Of a DNA stretch of 64,000 nt, positions 41,676 through 53,122 are shown piece by piece. Positions within the stretch are counted from its first letter, which is position 1; every line of letters starts with the position of its first letter. Under the pieces are notes generated by a model. It ran no database searches and was not told the DNA's origin. It was given only the letters and a program-made list of their open reading frames with translations. Source of the DNA: Octopus bimaculoides (Eukaryota); the NCBI RefSeq assembly GCF_001194135.2, contig NC_068989.1, positions 56,254,518-56,318,517 on the forward strand, read 5' to 3'. The position numbers and the translations under genes were made by a program.

Positions 41676-44600
41676 ATGTTTGTGCGTAAATATGTATTGG
41701 GCACTTTTTTGAATTCCATATGTCTTAACAATCGTAGACATGCTTACAGAATCCAAAAAAACAACACAGCACCCATGACTTTCGAAAACATTTTTTTCAC
41801 ACCTGGAATTGCTGAAGCATGGAATAAACTACCTGCATCAGTTGTTAACTGTCAGAACACTACATCCTTCAAAACCTTCACGCTTTTTGAAATTTGCTAA
41901 CAGTATACCTGATGCTCCACCCCAACCCCCATCTTTATAATTTTTTTTTTTAAACAATTCATTCACTGTTCACTTCCTGTGCATTATTCTATGTAGTGTT
42001 CATGTAGTTTTGACTACTTTTTTCTGATGAGTTGTTGCATACCTGAGCATTGTATACAATAAGTTTATTATATTATTATTTATTATCCTTCACTGATGCT
42101 TAAATCTTTTGTCAATCTCTATATCTTTCATTGAAGGTTATATTTTTTCCAAAGTATAGATCCTTCACAAGTATGTTTATATATTTTTTCTTATTGTGAA
42201 AGACGTTTTGCTTAAGTCCTTAAAATAAATAGCGATTTTACGAAGGGAGGTAACATTTCCCACCTCACATAAAATATAAAGGGAGATAATATTTAAAAGA
42301 AATTTATTTTTAAAAATTCTTTAAAAAAAATTAATAAATTTAGTAAAGTGTTTAGCAGAGTGGAAAGTCAACTATTAAAATTATTTTAATACAGTTCTAT
42401 ATTTAAGAGATGAGGAATTATGTACATTATTTACAATTGACGGATATTTATCCTCATCTTGTTTGTTGTTGACACAACGTTTCAGCTAATATACCGTCCA
42501 GCCTTCATCAGGTGTTTTGGGGAAATTTTGAACCTGGGTTCTCATTCTTAAGGTATTTTTCGATGTTATTATTATTATTATTATTATTCAGGTCACTGCC
42601 TGGAATTGAACTTGGAATCTTGGGGTTAGTAGCTCGTGCTCTTAACCACTATACCATATGCCCACAAGCATATGGCATAGTTTTCTATAGTTAGCTAATT
42701 CTGAGTCCCAAATGTATTTTAACTTTTTAATTATAAAAAAATGGACTGATTGAATGTGCTGCAAAACAAAACAAGAAAACAATAATTAAATAAACTTATA
42801 AAAAGAAAGAAGAAAACACTGAAAAAATACCATTTAAAATTGGCCCAGGGAAAAAAATGTATTTAAACTGTATTAGAGAAATAGATTTCTGCTATTTGCC
42901 CCAAGGACATAAAAGAAAAACAGTATAAACACTTACACACACTTACACAAACATGGTAGGATAATTACATGAAATATAAATACGGAAATATAAATAAAAT
43001 TCCTTTCTGGAATGGTAGATCTTGAAGCAGACAAAATTATAAATAATAGCATGAACGTATTGGGTTAAAAAATCCTTTGGATAAAAATGTTGAAGGCTGC
43101 ATGAAGTTTCTAAATTCTTATGGCAACAACATAAAAATCTTGCTGGTAAGAATGAAGCTTCTAAAATTATTTTGTTTTGAATTAACTGAAATCCTCCAAT
43201 ACATTAAATTGTACACGATATTAAATGAAGAACGAAGCACAAAAATCAATAATGGCAGTTAATATATATCCAGAGATTCAAACAATATCCAAAGTTTGTT
43301 CCATCTTTAATGGAGAATGGATCCTCATCATCATTATCATTTAACGTCCATTGTCCATACTGGCATGGGTTGGACGGTTTGACCAGGGCTGGTAAGCTGA
43401 GAGGCCGCACCAGACTTTAGTCTGATTCGGCATGGTTTCTACAACTGGATGCCCTTCCTAACGCCAATCACTCCAAGAGTATATATAAAAAGGTAAACGA
43501 TTTTAAGAAAACAAAAAGGAACTCCAAAATTTTCTACCTTAGAATTTAGTTTTTGATTGCGAATACAAGCAGCCAAAATGAGGTTCCTCTGAAGGGTCTC
43601 CAGAGTATGTAGCCTGGAGATCAGGAAGCCTCTCCAGACTAAGCTGCTACTTCTCTGCATTGAGATCACAGCTCTTGTATTACAGACATATAATTAGAAT
43701 GTTTCAGGAAAGAATCTCATGACAGGTTTTTCAAGCTGAGCTAACTGGCAGGAGACTTAGGGATAGACCACAAACGAGATGGTTGGATAACATCCATAAT
43801 CTCAGTTGGTTATGCTTTGGAATCCAGCCAGAAAGTCTAATGGGGACTGCTTCAGGCAGGACCATATTGAAGAGGTGCCTGGAGACTCTAATCCCATGAC
43901 TGTCCCAAGAATAGTAGATGGATGGATGGATTATTAATATGTATTTGGGGAGAAAATGTCAGTTTTGAAAAGTTCAGAATATCAAGACATGAAGTTGGAG
44001 TTTTTCAAAAATAGAATGTTCTTGCAAAATCTCAATTGAAAGAATGGTAAAAAAGGAAGAATTTTTGAAAATGCTGAACTGAAAGAATGGTAAAAAAAGG
44101 AAGAATTTTTGAAAATGCTGAACTGAAAGAATAGTAAAAAGGAAGAATTTTTTAAAAATCTGAACTGAAAGAGTGGTAAAAAAAAAGGAGGAATTTTTAC
44201 TTACCGTTGAATGACCTCATCTGATGTAAGACCTTTGCAATCATGGAAGAATATCAAAGATGTATCTTCTTCCAATCCTCTGAGAAATAAAATGAGAAGT
44301 GAGAAATATATGTTACATAAAATCCTGTTTTCTTAGACAACACTAAAACTCCCGCCAACATTAACTATGCTTTTAATACAGTATGCCCATAATTGACGTT
44401 ATCTCGGGACAAATATTGCAATAAGCTGGCCTATCAATGGTGTATCCATGTAGTGTATATACATTACACTACATGGATGGATATTATAACTAGTGCACTT
44501 TTCCTGAATGGTAAGTTTTACTATGAAAGGACACTACAATTGATGTTTCAATGAACCGTTTCTTCTCGAATAGTGTACTACAAGATGACAAAACGCAAAA

Positions 44601-47600
44601 ATATTTTCTTCCTATTTGGTGTTTGGGAAGTGACAAGACTGACTGATGCAAAGAAAAACTGATGCTGAAATAATAGTAAAAAGGGTATTCCAGATAACCC
44701 ACAATAATTAAAGTGGATTTTATGATGGCACTGGAACTAGAAAAGTTAAACCCACTACTACAGCTACACTAAAGGATCCACTTTCCTCTGTGTCCTCCCT
44801 GCTTTATTGTTCATCATTTTACTGGTGCATTTTGTCACGGCACAACAATAGTAACGTTTCTTTCTGCACTGTATAATTTAAACCGTATCCAACTGCCCAA
44901 TACAACATGACTGAGAGGGTAAATTCAATGTAGGATTTGAAATCAAGACCATCATTCTGGCAATGTGATACTATATCTTGACATGTTACTTTGTGAACAA
45001 GTTTTGATTGTAAACTATTACATTGTAAGGGAAAAAAAGAGAAAAAAAGGGGCAGAAATAAAGCATCATCACCAAAAATATCTCAGAATCTTACCTTAGT
45101 TTTCTATAGTTACCTAATTCTGAGTCCCAAATGTATTTTAACTTTTTAATTACAATAAACTGGACTGATTGAATGTGCTGCAAAACAAAACAAAGAAAAC
45201 AATAATGAAATAAACTAATTAAAAGAAAGAAGAAAATACTGAAAAAATACCATTTAAAATTGGCCCAAGGAAAAAAGTGTATTTAAACTGTATTAGAGAA
45301 ATAGATTTCTACAATTTGCCCCAAGGACATAAAAGAATAACAGTATAAACACTTACACACACTTACACAAACATGGTAGGATAATTACATTAAATATAGA
45401 TACGGAAATATAAATAAAATTCCTTTCCGGAATGGTAGATCTTGAAGCAGGCAAAACTATAAATAATAGCATGAACGTATTGGGTTAAAAAATCCTTTGG
45501 ATAAAAATGTTGAAGGCTGCCTGGAGTTTCTAAATTCTTATGGCAACAACATAAAAATCTTGCTGGCAAGAATGAAGTTTCTACAGTGGAGAAATTCAAA
45601 GGATTGCTTTGGGCCATTGGTACAACAGCCGTCATGTCTAGAGGAGATGTGGGTGCAAATCCCACAAGCAGCCTTTGACTTTTTCTATCAAAAGAGGATT
45701 TTTTAACCAAATATTTACATATTATTTATTTATAGCTTTGTCTGCTTCAAGATCCACCACTCAAAAATAGAATTATTTAATGTTCTCTCAAAGTTTATCA
45801 ATTTTTATGACATCAACTATACATAAAAATATAATCCAAAATAAAAAAAATTAGTATATGTGTGACATGTGAGATACCAATTGCAATACCTATACATATA
45901 GATATATAACCTGGATAATTGTATAATCAATGCTTATATTTCTGCTATTAGTTTCACCATAATTTGGTTCTTCACATAACACTTTGTAATCTGCCTAATT
46001 AAAATGAACAATGCAAATAGAAGGTGGATTATGAAGCATTGCCTGAAGAACAAAAGTGTGGTGAAACTAACAATAGTAATATTTAAAGAAAAAAAACCTG
46101 GCACTCCATCGGTTACAACAGGGGTTCCATTTCATCTGATCAATGGAACAGCCTTCTCGTGAAATTAACATGCAAGTGGTTAAACACTCCACGAACATAT
46201 GTACACTAAACATAGTTCTCAAGGAGATTCAGCATGACACAGAATGTGACAAAGCTGGGCCCTTTGAAATACAGGTACTACTCATTTTTACCAGCTGAGT
46301 GGACTGGAGCAATGTGAAATAAAGTGTCTTGCTCAAGGATGAAATGCACTGCCAGGAATTGAACACACAGCCTTACAATAGCGAGTCAAATACCCTTACC
46401 ACTAAGACACGTGCTTTCACTAGGTAATGTAACAAAGGATTATCCAACAAATAGGAGAGAGAGAGAGCAAGAGAAAGAAGGGGAGAGAAAAGGGAGAGGT
46501 GGACAGACAGATGGATGGACCAACAGACAGACAGGTAGGCAGGCATGCAGACAGGCAGACAGACAGACATGGAGAGATACATGAAATGCTCAGGTTGTGT
46601 ACGCATACCGATTGTTCCATGGCTGTATCTTGTAAATATGCAGCAGTGGAAAGTTTGCCTTTATAAATGGAAAAAGATGCATCTGCAAGTTTGATAAGTT
46701 GGGTGCTGTGAAGGAAAGAGAAAAAGAAATGAGGTAATTTCAATAAACACAACAGATTTAAAGAGTCAAGTTTTAATACAATTTAACAAGTTATTATAGC
46801 AGTATTTCCATTTGTGTGCCATAAAGGGAGACAGGTGTAGGGGTGATATTTTTCTCAAAGAAATTAGAAATGTGTTGTTGCCCTGTCAGAAGATTTTCCA
46901 CTAAAGCCCATATATCAATAGTATAAACTACAGAAATTCAAATGAAATTTCATATTATCACAGAAAAAGCAAGATTTTTGGTTTTCATTTTACAATAAAT
47001 TATTTACTATTGAACACTGGTATTTATTGTTTACTAGCAGAAATACCCGGCGTTGCCCGGGTTAAAGAGAATAATGAAATCTAAAAACGCCGTCTAGACT
47101 ACGCATCATCTTTATATATAGAGATGTATATACACACACGCACCCAAACACACGTATATATATGTATATCAATATAAATATATGAAAGTCAATGAAGTTT
47201 CGTAAAAGAAGGTGATCATGTACATACTTTCTTGCTGTTGTGATTATAACACCTCATTGTAAACTATGTTCCTTGTTTTCCCTTGTGGAGCATATACAAA
47301 TAGGTTTTTTGTTGCTGCCCACTCTTGAGCAGCCAACATNNNNNNNNNNNNNNNNNNNNNNNNNNNNNNNNNNNNNNNNNNNNNNNNNNNNNNNNNNNNN
47401 NNNNNNNNNNNNNNNNNNNNNNNNNNNNNNNNNNNNNNNNNNNNNNNNNNNNNNNNNNNNNNNNNNNNNNNNNNNNNNNNNNNNNNNNNNNNNNNNNNNN
47501 NNNNNNNNNNNNNNNNNNNNNNNNNNNNNNNNNNNNNNNNNNNNNNNNNNNNNNNNNNNNNNNNNNNNNNNNNNNNNNNNNNNNNNNNNNNNNNNNNNNN

Positions 47601-48423
47601 NNNNNNNNNNNNNNNNNNNNNNNNNNNNNNNNNNNNNNNNNNNNNNNNNNNNNNNNNNNNNNNNNNNNNNNNNNNNNNNNNNNNNNNNNNNNNNNNNNNN
47701 NNNNNNNNNNNNNNNNNNNNNNNNNNNNNNNNNNNNNNNNNNNNNNNNNNNNNNNNNNNNNNNNNNNNNNNNNNNNNNNNNNNNNNNNNNNNNNNNNNNN
47801 NNNNNNNNNNNNNNNNNNNNNNNNNNNNNNNNNNNNNNNNNNNNNNNNNNNNNNNNNNNNNNNNNNNNNNNNNNNNNNNNNNNNNNNNNNNNNNNNNNNN
47901 NNNNNNNNNNNNNNNNNNNNNNNNNNNNNNNNNNNNNNNNNNNNNNNNNNNNNNNNNNNNNNNNNNNNNNNNNNNNNNNNNNNNNNNNNNNNNNNNNNNN
48001 NNNNNNNNNNNNNNNNNNNNNNNNNNNNNNNNNNNNNNNNNNNNNNNNNNNNNNNNNNNNNNNNNNNNNNNNNNNNNNNNNNNNNNNNNNNNNNNNNNNN
48101 NNNNNNNNNNNNNNNNNNNNNNNNNNNNNNNNNNNNNNNNNNNNNNNNNNNNNAAAGTATCTGTCACTACAGTATCGAAATGTGATTGTTTCAGTTAGTG
48201 GAATAGTTTCATTTTTAAAGTGAAAGTATTTGACATGAGTGTTTTTGTTTCACTTTTGACACGTAATACTTAAATAGTGGAGGAGATATTATGTTGCCGT
48301 GTGCTCGAACTCTGCAAGAAGTTAATAATTTTTTTTGACTAAAACACAACTGGAACCCTAAGTAAGGCATGTGTAAAATTTGAATGAAATTGGTTGCGTA
48401 GTTCTCGAGTTTTAGGGATTCAC

Positions 48424-48454
<31 letters not shown>

Positions 48455-49102
48455 CACATTCTCATTTTTATATATATAGATAAACAGGAAAGTAGCAGAT
48501 AAACAAACCTGACTCCATCTGTGGCTATTATGTGAACATCTGCCACAAACCATTGCTTGTATTGGTCCTTAAAAAGAAATAAAAGATATGTTAATCATAC
48601 ATACATACATACACATACACACACACACATACATGTATAGATATATATACACACAGATAGAGACTTTTGGAAATGACAAATTCACAGGAATGTAGTGATA
48701 CCATTTAGAATAAAGAACTCAAAGCCAGTGGCCAGGGTGTCAATAAGTTTAAATTCATAACTGTGAGTCTGACAAAATATAATTTGTCAGACTCATTTTT
48801 ATGGATTAAACACACGCATACAGAGGCATGCACGGACGGACGGACGTATGTATGTATGTATGCAACAATGTGACCGAGCAGGACATCAGATGTTGTTACA
48901 CACTGCTGGCCACAATGTGCTTTTGCATTGATTTAGCCTTCAAATGATGCCACCTTGCTGGCTAGGCAAGCAGCCAACATTCCTCCACTGATCAAATGGG
49001 GAAACTGGAGCAACACAAAATGAACTGTTTTGCTCAAGAACACAAAATGCTACCCAGTCAGGCAACTGAACCCACAATCTGTCAATCATGAGTGAAACAC
49101 AT

Positions 49103-49139
<37 letters not shown>

Positions 49140-52100
49140 GATTAATTATAAGAATCATTAGAATCTAGGCACATCAACATGTAGGATGCCAGAAATGGCA
49201 ATGTGCAATAACATAAGATTCACAGTGAGGTAAAACAACCATGAAGGCATTGCATTTGTAGGGTACTGTAGATATGTAAGTAACAAATCCAGTTTAAACT
49301 GTAGATCTGACACAAAATTGATTCTAGGTGCAGCATAGCTAAAAAAACAGAAGAGCACAAATGGGATTTAAAATTTACAACAGCTGTTTCGGTAGAAGTA
49401 TTTTGACGTATTCATAGATTACATCATAGCATAAACCAACCATCTTCAAGTAAAATTTTAAACAGGTGTAAACAGGAAAGGTAAAGCCTAGTTGGTGACA
49501 TATCCAACAACATATTGGATAAACGGTATTTTAAAAGAGAACATTCAAATTAAAAGATAAGTCAGAAGTATAATGGGCATGCAAGAAGTAAAGCGATCAA
49601 ACAACTCGATTATTTCGAACAGTTATCTTTATTGGTTTATAGCCATAACTTGCTATGGGGAAAGTGGGAAAAAAAACATAGACAAACTGTAGCCAAGGTC
49701 ATCAAAATCAGAAAGATATCTTGTTGGTTAAGTGAGATAAAAGACAGCAGGCCTCAGGGCAGCAGCAAGTCATAAAACTGCCATCGCCTTTTCAAACTTA
49801 TACACACACAGACACTCACATTCATACACATTTATACATATATATATATAAACGTATGTGTCTGATGGTGTACTTGCTTTTAATGAGTCTGCAAAGAAAG
49901 AAAGAGGCTTGGAGATGCCATTATGAAAGACTGCTGAACATGGAGAATGAATGGGAGGAGGAGAGTCTGCTAAATGTTGACTTAATTGAGGGACCAGCTA
50001 CCCGAATCGAATCGACAGAACCCTGGTAGTTAAAGTAATTAAGGATATGATGAAGACAGGGAAAGCCTCCAAGCCCATCAGGAATCACTGCTGAGATGCT
50101 TAAAATATTTGGCGGTGTGGGTTATGGCCTAATCACCTGTATTGTAAATCAGGTGGTTCATGAATGAGTCATACACAATGACTGGTATTGCAGCACCATA
50201 GTCATCTGCTACAAAAGTAAAGGTGATGCCTTAGACAGAAATGATTACAGAGGCATCAAATTGTTGATCAGGTGATGAAAGTTACGGAGAGTGTCATAAC
50301 TCAGCTAATTAGAGAGAGAGTTAGTCTAGATGAGATGCAGTTTGGTTTTGTGCCAGGCAGAAGGACCACTGATGCTATATTTCTGGTAAGGAGAAATACC
50401 TAGCTAAAGATAAATCTCTGTACTTAGCTTTTGTTGACTTGGAGAAAGCTTTTGACAGAGTTCCTCATCCCTTATCTGGTGGTCAATGCAGAAACTAGGG
50501 ATAGACGAGTGATTGGTGAGAGCCGTACAAGCCTTGACAGGGATGCTACCAGTAAGGTGAGAGTAAGCAACAAGTACAGTGAAGAATTCAGAGTACAAGT
50601 AGGGATTCACCAAGGATCAATGTTCAGCCCCTTCTTGTTCATCGTAGTTCTCTAGGCAATAACAGAGGAATTCAAGACAGGCTGCTCCTGGGAGCTCCTC
50701 TATGCTGGTGACCTTGCTCTTATAGCTGAATCATTACTTGAACTAGAGAAGAAATTCTAGGTATGGAAGCAAAGTCTAGAATCAAAGGGCCTTAGAGTTA
50801 ACCTAGCAAAAACCAAAGTCATAGTAAGAAGGAAAGCAGACAAACCACAAATCCCTTCAGGTAGAAAAGGTGTAGGTAGAAATTCCATAAGATGCACCCA
50901 GTGTACACATAAAAGGAGCAGCAACATCAGAGGAAGGTTAACAAAGAAACTAACTTTTGTATGTAGAAGGTGCACAGGTACAATAAATGCTGAAAATGCA
51001 CAGAAAATAGACTCCCTGCAACTGCCAGTGGGAGGCAAGCTAGAGGTAGTAGAAAGCTTCTCTTATCTAAGTGACCAAGTTAGTAGTGGAGGTGGATGCT
51101 CCAAGAGTGTAGCTGTGAGAATAAGATTAGGCTGGGCAAAGTTCAGAGAGCTCCTACCCCTGCTGGCAACAAAGGGCCTCTCTCTCAGAGTGAAAGGCAG
51201 TGAAACATTGGCTGTGACAGCCGGCGACATGTGTAGGCTTGAAAGAAATGAAGCCAGTATACTTCGCGGGATGTGCAATGTCAGTGTGCATGTTTGACAG
51301 AGTGTTAGCATCTTGAGAGAAAAGTTAGGAATAAGATATGGTGTGCAAGAGAGATGACTGTGCTGGTATGGTCATGTGATGTGTATGGATGAGGACAGTT
51401 GTGTAAAGAAGTGCCGATCTCTAACTGTGGAGGGAATCGGTGATAGAGGAAGACATGGGACAAGGTGGTGAAGCATGATCTTCAAACTTTGAGCCTCACA
51501 GAGGCAATGACTGGTGACCGAGACCTTTGACGAAGTGCTGTGCTTGAGAGGGCCTATCAAACCAACCACACCTGTGCTGGTGGCACATAAAGAACATCCT
51601 TTGAACGTTGGGCCTCACAGAGGCAAAGTGGCTGAGTTCCTTTCGAGTGTTGGACCTCACAGAGGCAAGGTGACGGAGTTCCTTTCTAGTGTTGGGCCTG
51701 ACGGAGGCAATGACCAAGTCTTTTGGCATTATGTCGAACTTGAGAAGAACACCCATCAAGCCAAGCAAAATCGCAGTTGTGACAGATACTGGTGTCATGC
51801 AAATTGGCACCCGTGCTGGTGGCATGTAATTGCACCCCAGGGTTACGCAAATGTACTGGTGACACATAAAAGCACCCATTACACTCTTGGAGTGGTTGGC
51901 ATTAGGAAGGGCATTCAGCTGTAGAAAACCATGCCAAATCAGACTGAAGTCTGGTGCAGCCTTCCAGCGTGCCAGCCCAGTCAAACCGTCCAACCCATGC
52001 CAGCATGGACAATGGACGTTAAATGATGATGATGATGATGATACACAAACACAATATATATATAAACACACATACATATACACATGTTTATGTGATGATG

Positions 52101-52454
52101 CAATACATATATACACATATACATATATGCATTCTTGTGCATACACACACACACACACAGAGCACTATATTCATATACTTATATAAAATACTGAGATATA
52201 AACCAAACAATATATCATAAAGATAGAAGCATAAGGTCATCGGCCTTCTGGTTATGTAATCTTATTATATTTGTTTGCAGCCTCCAAATTCTTTAAATAG
52301 TGAAATATTTGATAATCAGGTTTATGACCTTCTAGCTCTCTGTCAATGAGTGCTTATATATCTTTCTTATAATTCTTTGTTTATATTAAATTACTTGCTT
52401 TATATCTCTATATTCTACATAAGTATAAAAATATAGGGCTATGTATGTGTGCCA

Positions 52455-52533
<79 letters not shown>

Positions 52534-53086
52534 AATACAAATGGTATTTTTATAAGCTTAAAGCTTATAGTGATCACCGTGTAAATGATTAAGGAAAATA
52601 GTCTAATAATGGGGCATATAAGCCTTCAGCAGAAAAAAGTAGGCTTTCCTGTATGCATGGGACTCGAACCTACATATCTTTGTTAACATGACTAAGTGTA
52701 TTACCGATTACACCAGCGAACCAGCCTGCTCCTTTCTGTCAAATAGCAGGCTGATTCGCTGGTGTAATCAGTAACACACTTAGTCGCATTAACAAAGGGA
52801 TGTGCGTTTGAGTCCCACGCGTACAGGAAAGCCTACTTAAGCTTATAAAAAATACCATTATTATTATTTACTGAATTGTAAAACTTGACACCGCTTAACA
52901 AAACCATTCATATATATACATACACATACACGTATGTATGCATGCACAAGCATGTGCTTGTATACATATGAGCATGCTTGTATATATGTGTGGGTGTGTA
53001 TGTATGTATATGCATGCATGTAAATATATATGTATATACATGTATGTATAAATACGTGTATATACATGTATGCATGTGTATACATA

Positions 53087-53122
<36 letters not shown>

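Noticed and set aside
51514-51924. 136-aa ORF with a 14-aa repeat (PHRGKVxEFLSSVG)
   Set aside because: A by-product of the 42-bp tandem repeat in the LINE 3' region; no start context and no counterpart in the second LINE copy.
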